This document shows, piece by piece, positions 27,863 to 41,745 of a stretch of 64,000 nucleotides of DNA. The notes under the pieces were generated by a model. That model was not told where the DNA came from. It worked only from the letters and a program-made list of their open reading frames with translations, and did no database searches. The stretch comes from Vicugna vicugna. Taxonomy: Eukaryota. Numbering within the stretch: position 1 is the stretch's first letter; each line of letters begins with the position of its first letter. The position numbers and the translations under genes were made by a program. The stretch covers positions 1,887,524 through 1,951,523 of the forward strand of contig MU057744.1 of assembly GCA_013265495.1 (NCBI GenBank), given 5' to 3'.

Positions 27863-27913
27863 NNNNNNNNNNNNNNNNNNNNNNNNNNNNNNNNNNNNNN
27901 NNNNNNNNNNNNN
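27863..27913. other. Assembly gap (51 N)
   Basis: Run of n characters. Confidence 0.99.
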
Positions 27914-27992
27914 NCCCCCCCCCGATTTTTCTCTTTTCTTTCATGACTTTAACAAGTGACTGAGAAGCTGCTTTATGTGTTGCGTGATCCAG

Positions 27993-28080
27993 GGCAAAGT
28001 GGCTCAAGGAGCCTAACGCAGAAGCAGAGGACCTTTTCCGCATGGTCGCTGAGGTGTTTATCTACTGGTCAAAATCCCAC
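27993..28080 (+). CDS. RYR2: RYR2 exon ~70 (88 nt) [29 protein letters not shown]
   Basis: tccag acceptor, CAC|gtaagt donor. Confidence 0.96.
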
Positions 28081-30294
28081 GTAAGTCGGAGCTTGTTGAC
28101 CCTGCCCACTCTTTGTTGTATGTTGAAGACTTTCGAAATTTAATCAACTTTCCAAACCCCGTAGTCAACACCTACCAGCGTGTGTCTCAGGCTCGTCTCC
28201 TGAGTGTCACGTAACTGGTGAGGTGACAGAATAGGTTCCCCTGGGGAGCTTGAGTTTTGTAGTTTATCCTTCAACAATCGCAGAAGGTATTAATCACACT
28301 CCATAAACATCACCATACCCTGGCCTGTAAATCTCAGGGCTGTGTGCCCACAGAGCTGTGGCGCTCCCCCGACCTTCCCTCTGCTGGTTTGGCCGCCTCG
28401 CCCCCGGGAGTCAGAGGGCCTGGGATGGGCTCCTGTTTCCCGGTCACTTGTGAAGGTGCTGCTTCTTTGAATTCGTTCCGCCATCACACACGTTTATTTC
28501 CCTAGGAGTTTAGTTTTGTTCACTCATTAGAATAAAATAAAGCTCCTAGGAATCCTGGCAGTAGAATTTACAAGTACGTGTTTAGTGAATTTGCACTGTT
28601 TTGTATGCTACACGTAGAACTATGTATTTCTAAATCTGAAAAAGATTTTAATCGTAAGAACTTTGTAGTAAAATCTATTACAAAAATAAATACTTACAGG
28701 TAAAGAAGGAACTTTATAGTGTCCTATAATTATTTCCAGTGACTAGTAGAATATGGATAAATGAACATTAGTGTCCCAGATTGTTTCAAAAGCTTTGAGT
28801 TTTTGTGTCGGTTATTATTCTGTGGTGCTATGTAAAAGGGGGACTGTGAGAAAGTAAAAATAAACACCTCAGCCTCAGTGTGTCATTTAAGGTCGCTTCC
28901 CACTTTATTTCCTTATATTGTTATACAAGTCTGATTAATGTGAAAATGTAGTATTTTTTAAAAATAAAACTTTTCTACTTAATATTTAGGATAATAATTA
29001 TTTGTTGCCTACCTCTGAGGAGTCTGTCAAACTTAATACCAAGATGTATATAAAAACGTACATTAAAAAATATAATCACATAGAGATAATACATGAAATA
29101 ATGGCTTTTTAACACGTAGACTTGTCTCTTCACACTGACATTCGCTCTCTGTGGCATCACGGGAGATTCTCTCAGACTCTTTATGCTCCTCTCATAAAAG
29201 CACATGATTTCTTATCCTTGGTAATTCACCTTAAGGGGGATTAGATCATTCAGGGTACTTCCGAAGGGAATTTTGAAATCCAGAGCCACGAGTAAATCAC
29301 TTAAGAAAACTAGAAACAGCATATTTTTCCTTGAAGAACTGAGAATCTTCAACTTCATCAATAGCTAAAACACCAAAGAAGTATCTTTAAATTTGTAAGC
29401 AACACAGAACTTTGAAATGAGTGTATTTGTCATAATCAGTAGGTTTTTGGATGAATGCCTAATGATACTTTCAAGAATAAGAAAAAAATCTGAATGTGTG
29501 CATTTGAATCTCATGGGTATATTTAGAACACACATCTGTTAATATGTGTCATGCATATTCTTCTGCAAATACTTAACTATGTGAACAGCCATAGTATTAT
29601 TAATAGTAAGTTGGCATGTTAACATGAGCTGAATGAAAGTTGACGCATGGTCTGCTCACTGTCCTTCATACAAACCTTTATTACTCATCGATTATTAACA
29701 TATTTACATGCTTTAAAATTATTTTATTTGGGTTTTGCTTATCTGAAAGAGGAAGATCATTTCTTTCTCTTTGAAAACTCTGGTTATTTCTGCTTTTATT
29801 CTGTATTTGCTTTCACTCCTACCACTGCTCAAATTTTGCAAGTGCTTTTATGTTCCTAAATTAAAAGTGAATAAGATAATGTTACGGTATTTGAAAATGT
29901 AGGTGGAATAGCTGACGGAACGGGAAGTTGCGTTATGGTTGTGCATGCCCTTAGGAAATCTGTTTTTATCCCAAGAGGCAATATATGCTTTTCACCGTAG
30001 CTGGGGTTTGAATATTCATTCCATCCCTTGATAGGTGTATGACTTTACTTAAACTTTCCTCACCTTAGTTTTCCCATCTGTGAAACATACATATTTATGT
30101 CTAGTTCCCAGAATTGTTGCCCGTGGCCAAGCAGCCTCATTGGATATTCAACAACTATGTGTCTCCCTTCTTCATGTCTTATACACCACATGGGTCCTTA
30201 TCTTCGTAGAAACTTTGGGGTCCTGTGTAACCTCTAATTCCATGAACTTCTTATCTGCGTGACTTTAACTGACATTCCCTTTGGAACTTCTCAG

Positions 30295-30387
30295 AACTTC
30301 AAAAGGGAGGAGCAGAACTTCGTGGTGCAGAATGAAATCAACAACATGTCTTTTCTCATCACGGACACCAAGTCAAAGATGTCGAAG
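30295..30387 (+). CDS. RYR2: RYR2 exon ~71 (93 nt) [31 protein letters not shown]
   Basis: ctcag acceptor, AAG|gtacaa donor. Confidence 0.96.
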
Positions 30388-30532
30388 GTACAACTATGAT
30401 CTGTTTGATTTTCTAGCAGATGTCTGAATGCAACATTCACTAGTTGAATGAGTTGATTTTTTAAAGATCTCTTGAAGGTTTACAACTGGGATTTGGTTAT
30501 TTGATCATAGTGTCTGCTGGTTAAACACACAC

Positions 30533-31041
30533 CGTTTTAAGGGTGCCTGGGCCTTGTTTTACTCAGGTGTGGCAAGACGTGCAGACACAGAAACGAGGGT
30601 CACGGGGGGAGAAGTTTTTACTCACAGCTCCCTAGAAATGGAAGGCACAGCATGGAATGGGGACACGTGGGGGAGCACCAGGGTCCGTCACGAGGCGGGG
30701 GAGCCGGGGGGCCGTGGACAAACACCTTCACTGTGGTGTCTATGGGAAGGGCAGGCGAGACAGGGTAGGCAGGGTTGGGGTTGACTAGTCTGAATAACTC
30801 GACTGGGCTCTGTTCCCGGTTGTCTGGAACCTGGCCTCGGTGTTAGGGCCGGTGGCTTGAGGTTCGGGTAAGGGAGGAGACTGGGGAACGTGAGCTCTGG
30901 ACTGATTGGTTCGCATATGAAAGGCGTGCTTGCAGGCAAGTGTTTTTCTATCTCTAGGGTTTGACAGCCCTGGAAAAGACAGTCAAGGACCAGTAGGGCC
31001 CCAAAATGTCAAAGCATCAGAATGAAAAGACACACTTAACA
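30533..31041 (-). mobile_element. ERVL-class LTR, MER74-like
   Basis: Reverse complement reads ...attctgatgctttgacattttggggcc...cctagagatagaaaaacacttgcctgcaagcacgcctttcatatgcgaaccaatcagtccagagc..., resembling the recalled MER74 consensus. Confidence 0.65.
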
Positions 31042-32074
31042 GGCACACTCGCACGACTGCCAATCAGTAGAAATATACATATAATTAGTTAATGTCATGT
31101 ATGCGTCAGGAGTAAATATATGTGCATTTATGTGTGTCAGATACATACGTTTCAAAATAATTAGCTGAATTGTTTAAGAACCACGTGGATAGATTCCAGG
31201 TTATCACATATGAAGTGGAAAATTTTGTCTTCTCAATCACTCATGTTGGGGAAAGAAGAACTTCCTTTCAAAACACTAAAAAATCCTTGCTTTTATCTTT
31301 TGAATTGCCACTAAATATGAAAATGAATATATTACATGGAATAAAACAAAATATGCTGCCAAATGGCCAAAGATGCAAAACAGTGTGGTACCCTGGCCAA
31401 GGAAATCAGTTCTGGGAAGACAGGCGCTGGGGCGGTAGGCCCACCCCCTGAACCCCTAGAGTCCATCTGACTTGCTTCACTGGCGACCGCCAGGACCACA
31501 ACATGTCGTCGCCCATACCCTGTCTTATTTGGAGGTATACATGCATGTACTTGATGTGTTGCCCACGAACTCAAAGCTAACGCCCGCCGAAGCGGTGCGT
31601 GCTGGAACATTTGTGTGACCACTGCCGGCTGTCACTTCGTGTGGCTGTGCTCCCTAAAGACTCGTGAGAGATGAGACACTTTCCTCTGGGCCGACAGTCC
31701 GCCTCAAGAGTGGGGAGCACCTCCTCCAGGAGGGGCTGTGCTCAGAGCACACACTTCACACAGGCTTTGAACTGAAGACTGTTAGTGAATTTCTCTGCCT
31801 GGTCAGCATGTTGCCGGCTCAGACCGGTGTCAACAGAGGCACAGAGAGAGGCCGTGAGAGGTCAGCGCTTCCTGCGGGAGGATGACAGTGACTGCAGGGT
31901 GTCAGCACACTCGAGGAATCAGAGGTTTTCCGAGCAGAGGTCTCCAGCTGGTCCCCCACACAGGGATTGTCTGGAGTGCCATTTCCAAAATCGGGAGGGA
32001 ACACAGAACAGGCGACGGGGCCAGCTGACCAGCCTGGAATGTGGGAGCCTGGGGCAGGGAAGTCCTTCCGCTTC

Positions 32075-32285
32075 AAGCCCAGTGTGTGTAGCCCGGAGAG
32101 GCTGTGCGTGTGTGGCTGGCCCCGGTGCTCTGGTGGTCCTACTTTTCTTCTGTTTTGAGGAACTACCATGCAGTTAAGAGCGGCTGAACCAATTTGCCTT
32201 TCCACCCACAGTGCGTAGGGGTTCCCTTTCTTCCGCATTCTCACCAAAACTTGTGATCTCTTATCCTTTTTATGAATAGGCTCAC
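32075..32285 (-). mobile_element. L1 ORF2 3' fragment
   Basis: ttttgaggaactaccat...ggctgaaccaatttgc...gggttccctttcttccgcattctcaccaa is a typical antisense L1 segment. Confidence 0.65.
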
Positions 32286-32550
32286 TTCCATGCTTAGTAT
32301 GTCCAAATTCTCAAAAACCACAGGTATCTATGTCTGGGGGGGGTCGTGGGCTATTTCACTGCAGGAGTATTAGAAAGTGCTTCCCTTTTCCTTGGTCTTC
32401 TCCCGCCCTAAATTTTAGACGAAGTTGTTAGAGCTGTATTTGTGGCGCATGCTTGTGTGTGTGTCAGAGAGAGACAGGCAGACAGAGACACACGCACGCA
32501 GACTGACTTAAGAGAGAGGTCATTTATCCTGCTTTCCTCCTTAAACATGC

Positions 32551-33181
32551 TGCCGACAGAAACCATCAATGAGCAATCTGTAATAGGAATAGGAAAGAGT
32601 TTTATTTGAGCCAAACTGAGGACTGTAGCCTGGGAGACACAGATTCAGGAAGCACTTGAACTGTGTTCCGCTGGACTACGGCATAGGGGAGGCTTATAGA
32701 GGCAAGAATCGCAAGCTACGTAAGTTGTTTGTCAATTATAATTGGAGCTGGCAAGACGTAAGGGTGCTTGTTAAGTAAGGATCGGTTAGGATCTGAAATG
32801 GTTGCATAGTAACCAGGGGAGACCTTGAGACCATAAGGTCGCAGCTGGCAGCAGCGGGCAGATACTGTTTTGGGAATGGCTGGTGGTCTCCTTGAGTCTG
32901 ATACAGCTCAGAACTTTCAGGTTCTCAGGGCTGCAGGAACGTGTCTGAAACCACATCCACAGTGGCCACCTGGCACCGCTTTGGATGCCTGAACCACAGT
33001 TACTCCATTTTACTTTTTTAAATGCATTATTGTCTTTAATGGTTAAAGCAGATGTACAATGCACATTTGACAGGCCGCAAAATAGGCTACTCTCCCCTGT
33101 TTTAGCATAAAATTTAAGTTAAATCGTGTATAAGCCAGAATGACTTCCCCGTACCTCAACACGTGAGAATTTCCTCCATCA
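32551..33181 (-). mobile_element. Solo ERV1-class LTR (MER4/MER41-like)
   Basis: TG...CA ends, about 630 nt, flanks atgc/gtgc (4-bp TSD with 1 mismatch). The ttttatttgagccaaa motif is a reverse-strand poly(A) signal region. Family assigned from recalled resemblance. Confidence 0.6.
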
Positions 33182-35137
33182 GTGCCTACATATTGACTGT
33201 GTTATTGTGTATTCATATCAGCTTCAAATGTTAAGGAATAGATGGAAAATGAAATCCAAATTCAATAGCTTTAGCAGTTCTGCTCAATTATTGAGCAGCT
33301 CCTGTGGGTGAGGTGCAGTGCTTGGTTCTGCATATACAAAAAGGAGCAAAATGGCTTTGGCCACTTCCCTAATGGAGCTCCATAGTCCAGGGAGGAAACG
33401 GGCCCTGAGCGAGCCAGACCGACCGGCAGAGAGGTGCAGGGGGGTCTGTGATGGCTTGTTAAATTTTTTCATACCTGCGGTGGACTGTGTCACCCATATT
33501 GTTCAGAGATTTATTAACTATTCTTTTCTGTTTTCAGACTTCGTGTGGTATAGAAAACAAGATTCTATTTTGAGCATAAGTAGGAATTAATTTATCTAAT
33601 GTTTCTCAAAATCAAACAATGTATAGTTTCCTTTAGGGTTGGTTTAAATTATTTTTATTATAAGGTCACTTAAGGAGTTCCTCCTTCTATAACCGTAAAA
33701 CCAAAAACAAAGCTTTACAGGTTAAAATCAAAGAAAACTTGGACACCAATAAAATTTAGACTTTAATGTATTGAGTAATACTGTTTTGCTAAAACTAAAT
33801 TACCAGTATTAGATAGAAATATGTTTGCATAATTTGTATCAGCTTGTTTAATTTTTAGGATGGTGATTCCTTGTTTGGGTAAGTATTTTTGTCACTGTGG
33901 TTATGTTTCCTTTTAGCAAAGAGCTCATTTAAAACCACTGATCCATTGTTTTCATGGGTTAACTAATTTAATAGTACAAATTATTATTCACTGTTCTGCT
34001 TCTACTTACTGAGAATAATGCCTTACAAATTGATACAGATACAAGTGGGATCCGTGCAATAAGTCATCTCTTTGGAATGTGCAGAAAAGCATGCTTGCTG
34101 CTACGGTTCTGATATTAAAGGTTTGATGTATCAATAGATATGTGACATACGTAGTGATATATTTATTACATATGTTACATTATCAACATGACACATCAGC
34201 TGCCATCACTGTATGATTTCAGTTGTTTCAGTACTTTGACCATGTAAAGAACTTCTTTCACCATCACGTTGTGATAAATTTCGCCTTCCTTTGGGGAAAG
34301 CAAATCATTTGTATATTAAATTCTCTTCTGCTTTTTTCTCAGCCCAAAACTATTACAATATGTCATTATAGTGAAACTGTCTTCAATGTTTGATTTGTTG
34401 CTACAAAGAAATTTAACATGCACAAGAAGTGGCGACGGGGCAGTAGTTTTAATTTTAACCTGGGAATATGCCTCCGTAATAGGAGGAGGAATACTCACTA
34501 CGCGGGGAGGGTTAGACTGTGTCGGTTGAGGTGACCCTGCCGCAGGCGTGATTCTCAGCGAATCACAGGAGAGCTCTGCAGGGTCTTGGCTGTGCTCAGC
34601 TGGGAACAGGTCGTCCAGAGGTCGTCCTGAGTGTTTACGTCACATCCGTTAGCATATTGTTTCTTTCCACCGGGTGGGGGTTAAGGCCTCGGGAGACAAG
34701 TCCTCAGCCTGTATGAAAGGCAGGCGTGCTTTATGAGAGTTTGATATATACCACGTGTGTGCATGTGTATCGCAAAGCAAACATTTGTCAGAACAGAGAA
34801 CATTTATTCTTAAACGTGTTTCCTCTTAAGCGTTGAAAATTATGAGGCATACAATATCTGAAATTGCCATGGGTTTTTCATACGTCCACCTGCCTCTCTA
34901 AAACTACAATGTGCGTTTTCCTTCTCAAATCATAGAGAAATAGCTCCCAGTGCAGGCTAGTGACCGGGGACTCTTCGAGTAGGACTTGACGTCGGCAAGG
35001 GATGCCGAGAAGGAGAGGAGGTGTGTTCCTAGCAGGATTTTCAAATTAGGGACCAGCAGAGAACGAGGAAGGGGAGGCTATAGTCGAGTCAGAAGGCCCC
35101 TCCCTCACCCTGTGACATGTGTGTCGTCGCTCCGCAG

Positions 35138-35308
35138 GCAGCCGTGTCTGACCAGGAGAGGAAGAAGATGAAGCGCAGAGGGGACCGGTACTCCATGCAG
35201 ACATCGCTCATCGTGGCGGCGCTGAAGCGGCTGCTGCCCATCGGCCTGAACATCTGCGCGCCCGGGGACCAGGAGCTCATCGCTCTGGCCAAAAATCGGT
35301 TTAGTCTG
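35138..35308 (+). CDS. RYR2: RYR2 exon ~72 (171 nt) [19 protein letters not shown]...LAKNRFSL
   Basis: cgcag acceptor, CTG|gtaagg donor. Confidence 0.97.
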
Positions 35309-36324
35309 GTAAGGGTCCTGTCCCTCCTGGTGGACGTGACCACTCCCCCTCCACACGGTCTCTGACAGCATCTCATTTGCTTCGACTGTTTTATTAATAA
35401 GCAGTTTCTCTGCACAGGCCCTAGTGCTCAGACGCAATGACTGCTTATATGTTTTTTTGGAGGCTGTTTTTATTTCTAAATTATGTTAATCACCTCCAGG
35501 GCGTATTGAGAAACCAATAAAAAAAAGTGGCAACAAGTCACTGGTAGTGGGAAAAAAATGGATTTCATCCGAACTCCTCTATAAAATTTGTCGTGAGAGG
35601 TGGCTGCGCATTTATGAGGGGTGATTTTTCAGTGTTGGAAAGATGATGTCCTGTGCCAACGGAGGCTGGATAGGATGTTGACTTTTAAATCAGCAGCCTT
35701 TCCCCTGCAAGCAGCGAGGTTGATGTTCTCAAGATTTCTTCGTGGCCTCTCTTTTTATTCTTCATGGCTACACAGAGAGGATGCAATTTTTGGAAAATAC
35801 CCGTTGGAATAGTTCTGTTATGTCCACATGACTGGAGGACGCCCCTCCCTCCCCATCCCCACACGGGACGCCTCCTTGTACACCCAGACCGCAGGAGCGG
35901 GCTGAAGGCAGGTTGCAGCAGACGATGCGGGCCCGCCGGCCACTGCCTAATAGCTGACTGTCGGGCTCTGCTCCTCATTATTCCCGGGCCTCTGGGGGTG
36001 GTGTTGGGTGCTATGTGACTTCGTGGAGGTCCAGAGACGGCTGGAGACATACTTGTGTCTGAACTCAGGGGAATGCGCTTCTGCCCGCTGCTGCTGTGAA
36101 CTGAGCTCCACTGAGTCTAGTGCACCTTCTGTGGAGTTAAAGCAGGCACTTGTTCCATTTCAGGTCACAGCAGTATCGGGAGGTTATCTGAGCACGTGTT
36201 AATAATCCTACAAAGACGCTTGTTCAGACGTGTGCCATTGCAAAAGAGATTCGGGTTGCTTCTGTTGACTTGAGACAGTTGCGCATTGTAAGACTTCTTT
36301 TAGGTAACATTTATTTCTTGACAG

Positions 36325-36384
36325 AAAGACACTGAGGATGAAGTACGAGATATAATCCGCAGTAATATTCACCTTCAAGGCAAG
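36325..36384 (+). CDS. RYR2: RYR2 exon ~73 (60 nt) KDTEDEVRDIIRSNIHLQGK
   Basis: gacag acceptor, AAG|gtaagc donor. Confidence 0.96.
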
Positions 36385-38830
36385 GTAAGCCAGATGTCGC
36401 TCTAGAGCACACTCAGTCAGTCTGTCTTGAGAACAGTACTAGACGAATGTCACTTCAGCAGATAGGACAGTGGAAATACATTACTTCAATCAGTTGTCAT
36501 CCTGCTTGCAAATACTGTTGGATTAAAGACGCGCAAGACACCAAATTGTGTATTTTTAAAGCAGACCATCAGAGACGGTCAAACTTTGTAAAAAAAGGTG
36601 TCTCCAGTTGAAATAAAGGTTGACTATTTCCTCACATAGCAGTTGAGAACCTTTGGGGCATGGAGACAGGTGTCTATGAGAATTTGAGATTTTACACCTA
36701 GTGCTCAGAAAGTAAATATGTGTACTTACGAGTCATTAGTACGCAGGAGACAGTAAGGGTTACTGTAATGGGAAAGCCCGTGTACGCGTCTGCTTGTGCT
36801 CTGCAGAGAAGCGTGAGTGGAGATCAGGGCGACACCTGTGTTTCAGTGGTGGGTAAAGCACTGGCCAGAGGTGGCTTCTGTATCCCAGCATTTACCATTG
36901 TTTGGAAATGCTTCACACTGGAGAATGAACTGTTGGTTTGTTTACAGAACCTGCTATGTGATGTGAGAAGTCAACGATGTATTGTTTTGATGCAACTGTT
37001 TGCTTCTTTTCTGGTGTCCCTTCTGGGGATTTTTTTTTGAATTATGAAGATGTCCAAATGTCAACAACTATTGACTACAGTATAATGTATCCCTCTCTGG
37101 GTATTAAAATGTTTCTTTCCAAAGACCCAAACCATACTTTTTTCTTTTAACACTTTGGAATAAAATGATAAAAATGCAACATGCTTTCGTTTATGCACGG
37201 TACATGAGTATTACGTAGAACAAGTTTCATGTGCGCTTTGTTGTGTACTCAGCCCTACATTTAGTAATAACTTTAACAGAGGAGGAGATTCATTCCTGTT
37301 AGAACAGGGTCTCTTTTCAGGTGGCAGAAAGATTTTGAACGTTTTTTAGAATGTTCGTAGAGCCTCCAGCTGACCCTCAGGTTTACACCACGTACATATG
37401 TCTGAGGAGGTCACGTGCCCCTACAGGCTCTCGCAAGCCCCGGGGGACTTGAGGCCACACCCTGAACGGAGAAGGGGAGCGCTGAGCACCTCTTAGGGAG
37501 CTTGTGCTGCTCTCAGGAAGCGGTCAAACGGAAAGCTGCGCCCTGGATAAGCAGAGGGAGCCCCTCCCACTGCGTTCTAGAGGTCACTTGGGCAGTTGAC
37601 GTTGTGGATCGGGGAGATGGGAGAGGGAAGAGCAGAGAAGGAAACGCACTTACACCAGCATCTCGCCTCCAGACGTGAGCCTGCGGTGAGGGGCTGTGAG
37701 CTCTCAGTCTCCCTGACGTTTCCTCCTGTGCTTTCCATGCCCCAGATTAGGCACCAGACTGTGGGAGTATGCACACTTGAGAGAGTGAGTTCTTTTTGTT
37801 CCCAGCTCCTCCTTCAGTACGTTGTCCTGAAATTGGAGGAATGGTAATTCTAGGGCCAAGGGGGAGTAATTTTATGTTGGAAGGAACAGAATCTAGAAGT
37901 ACCATAGTCCTCAGATGAGAAAAGGTACATGGAGAAAAAGCACTGTTTTATCAGAGGGCAGACGGTGTCTGCAGGTCATCCAGTGCTGTACCAAGCCCCC
38001 GCTCTGCCGCCAGGTGAAAGCTACTTCTGACGTTTCAAACTGTGCTCTCTCAGGTAGGAGCTGGGGAGTTCTGGATGTTTTCCATTCACTTCCGTTTCAT
38101 TACTTTCAGCCTCCCATTTTTAGTGGAAGTATTTCATGGGAGGAGAAACGTAAGGTACTGCTCTGCCTGTTTCTAATGGCAGTTATTCTGTGTTATTTCT
38201 TTGAGGTGCTCTCTTCCTCTAAAGATGCTTGTAATTGTCAGTTTCTGTGATTGAAAATAATCTTTCCTAAACATACTCAGAGTTCATTTGTATCTTTCAC
38301 TCAGGAAATTTGATAGTGTTAAAAGACGTAGTCCGCAGTTGCCTTGATTCTAGGACTATGATTTGACAGGCCTCCACTGATGCACACTGATCAATGTCCT
38401 CATTTCAGTGAGACTGAGTCTCTGTTGCAGAGTCCCTGTGTCCATAGAGGTAAATTGCCTATGAAAGGAGAAGGAAGAGGTAAAAGACTGCTTTGCCCAT
38501 TTCCTTTCCCTGGCCCTCAAATCCTGGTTGAAACTGCACCTGTTTAGGGAAATCTTCCAACCACCGACAGATCAGGCGAAAGCTCGAGGTACCTTCTGTG
38601 TCCGTCTAGCAGCCCTGGTCACCAGGGCAGACATTTGTTCGACATCTGCCCTCCTCATGGGATGACCGGCCTCACAAGGCCAAGGCATTTCTGGGTTTGG
38701 TCTCTGGGTGATGATCAGGCGCTGCGCCGTGCTCGGTAAATCGCTGTGGATCGACTCTTCAGAAGGGGGTCTTCGCTCTGTACGTTGTAACCCGGTGTTT
38801 TCTGAACTCTTCTCTCTCTTTGTCCTGCAG

Positions 38831-38965
38831 TTGGAGGACCCCGCCATTCGGTGGCAGATGGCCCTTTACAAAGACCTACCAAACAGGACTGAAGACACTT
38901 CCGACCCCGAGAGGACAGTTGAGAGGGTACTGGACATAGCAAACGTGCTCTTCCACCTTGAGCAG
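38831..38965 (+). CDS. RYR2: RYR2 exon ~74 (135 nt) LEDPAIRWQMALYKDLPNR...IANVLFHLEQ
   Basis: tgcag acceptor, CAG|gttaga donor. Confidence 0.97.
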
Positions 38966-41709
38966 GTTAGACTCTGTGTCAGCTCTCTCACATTTGCCTT
39001 AACTGCATAGAAACATTTTAAAAACCGATGTGTGCAGCTTGTGAACTGTGGGCCAGAAAACATATGGTCAGCATGTTCATTACAGAGAATCTGTGACTGA
39101 GGAGCGCTTAGTCGCTAATCAGCGTCGTCTCCAAGCCTTGATTTTTGGAGCAATAGGATCGATGGTGTGTTTTGGTGGATCAAGGCCTCTGTTTCATTGT
39201 CTTTTTCAAAGTATTTCCAAAAGTAAACACATCATGAGGATTGTAAACTCAGTTTTAAATCACCCTAACAAAAATGTCAGGGCTTACACCTGATTTCAAG
39301 TGTTTTATACTTGGGTCATTTTTCTCTGCTGCTCATATCAATGTTGAGATGCTTTCTTTCCCTGGCTTAATGTTTGATTTTTTTCTGTCAGTTGCTTAAC
39401 CTTTCTTTTAAATATTTTGAAGCTAATTTTTCCACAAGATCAGCAATAAATTATATTTAGAGAAGAGCAATGCATTGCTGTTAAAACCACCTGAGAACAG
39501 TGTTTTCATATCGTTTCCCAGTTGTATTCCATTTTGATCTACAAAGCTCACTGTGTGTTTGATTTTCTTCTTTATCACCTCTGCTCAAGAGTTCCCAAAA
39601 CAATAATTCCTGAACATTATCAGTCGGTGGGTTACGTTTTGGGGTGAGGGATCTCCTGGCTTAGGTAAACTATCTGCAGTGTGGAGACAGTCCCTGTTTC
39701 CCATGAGGTCCATTCAGGAAGATGACACCATGAGGGTGCTCAAGGTGGACCCCAAAGTGTGCTCTGTCACTGGCCGAATTGGTTCACGCTGAACATAAAA
39801 TGACAAAGTGTCCCATGGCATCTCAGAAACGCTGTCATCTGAATGCTTTGCAGAATATTTCAGTGTAGCAATAATAAACATGTTTCTTTGGTTCCTATTT
39901 TATATTATCTGATCATCTCCCATCCCTGGCCTGGCCAGTTAAATAAGCTAAGGATACATCTAATGTAGTATCCTCTTAATTTCCTTCTTGCTTACTCAGA
40001 TGCCCCAAATGCTAATCACTTCTCCAGTGCCAAGCAGTTTATCACTCGAGCTGATGAGATTAAAGTAGGAGACTCTTAAACCACATTCTGTAACACCATA
40101 ATATTAATAAAATATTCTTTAGAGAACTCAACACTTCTAAGTGTTTTCATGATATATTAAATAAATACAAGTTAGCATCCAGTCAGCAGATGACGAAGTT
40201 TGAGACAATGGAATGTTAAGTGATACATAAAGTCATGGAGTTTGTCTCCAGAGTGCTGTGCACATGTAAGAAGACTGCTCAGTGTTAACGGAACGGCTGC
40301 TGGAGAGCCACCTCTGAGCCCATGACTCTGTCAGCAGTTTCTAACCCTCCCAGGTTTTCATGGACATATCTGGATTTGCATGAGTGATTTTAGATACACT
40401 AAGTGAGGTTCCTTGAAATCTGACTGTGCTTTACTATTTTACTATAGTCATACGTTGCGTATGCATAGATCTGTGTGATCGTGATGATGTCGTCTGTAAA
40501 GCAGTGAGGTTCCTCTTACTAAGCAGTTGGTCTGTGCTCTGCCATACGGCAGCATTGTCCCCTGGGAGTGCGGGCACTGACTTCTGTTCCTCTGCTCAAG
40601 CAGAGGGTGTGGACAGGTAGATAAACATGTAATGATGGAGATGTGCTGGGATACCAGATGTACTGACAAGAGAATAAAAGGGGCCCACGCTTGATCTAGT
40701 TTGACTGACGGGGCCCCTGTGTAAATCCTAAAGAAAGAGGAATCACCCAGGGAAAGGGAAGAGGGTCAGATGTTAGTTAAGGCCATGTATGCTTCAGAAT
40801 GTTAAGGATACCCACGTGTGAAGAGGAAAAAACAAAGAATGTGAGTAAAAAGAACTAGTCGATTATCAAAGAATAGGAAACAGTGGAAGTATGTTGAGTT
40901 CGTGCCTTTAAACCTCTGTTCTCGTGTTAATTTGTAACTAAGCCGTAGAACAGTTTGTAAAGAATATTTCTGGGTGCCCAGGAAATAGTTCATTTAGTTT
41001 ATCTCCAGTATCAGCGACCTTTGCAAATGAACACTCTGTACTGCACACCCGGTAATTTTTCTCGTGAGAGTAAGCTGTCTCCTTGGAGTTTTCGGGTCGT
41101 CACACTCTAGTCAGGCTGACACGTCCACACACCCAGGCATTCAGACGGGTACAGGACACATCTCGGCGTCTCCCCTTGGCTCACAGATCTTACTGACATC
41201 TATTTACTGGACGTACAGGGAAAACCACTTATTTAAGGTCTTCCCTTGGGTAGTAGAATGCTCTGCGAAATGGTAGACTTCATGGAAGCAGAGGCCTTTT
41301 CTCCCGTGTTCACGCTTCTGTCTTCAATGCCTCGAACTTAACTGTGTTGACTGTCACCCTCGCTGATCAGACTGCCCTGTTCTAGTTGAACAGCACTACT
41401 CTCGATTCTGTTTTCACCTACAACGTTAAGTCTCAAACATGTTGTGTTTCGCTTAACATAACGGAGAGGAAAATCGACGTTGATAATCATCAAAAAGTGT
41501 CTCCTGATCCAGCGGAGGGAAGAGGATCACAGAGACAGGGGCCTTCAGATTGTACTGGCTGCTTTGTTAAAGGTTCCAAACCACTGTCATCCAGACATTC
41601 TTAATGTTTTCTTCAAGCATGATTACATTTGTATTTTGACCCTTTACTGCCAAGGATAATAAATTTAGTTTTTCTGTTTTAGCTAACGTAACATTTTCGT
41701 TTTTTCCAG

Positions 41710-41745
41710 AAATCTACATCAATGCACCGGAGATATTACAATCTG
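41710..41745 (+). CDS. RYR2: RYR2 exon 75 (36 nt, alternatively spliced) KSTSMHRRYYNL with non-canonical GG donor
   Basis: gctaac branch-like motif and tttttccag acceptor. The peptide aligns with the 12-aa RyR2 segment between ...FHLEQ and VEHPQ... It is followed by ggaagt instead of gtaagt. Confidence 0.88.

Noticed and set aside
27663..28043. Poly-Lys / poly-Phe ORFs
   Set aside because: Translation of the poly(T) run and N gap
33538..33547. Possible microexon in intron 71 equivalent to the 15-nt alternative exon of RYR1/RYR3 at this position
   Set aside because: Good acceptor, but available donors give 5-10 nt out-of-frame or weakly supported exons; no 15-nt candidate found
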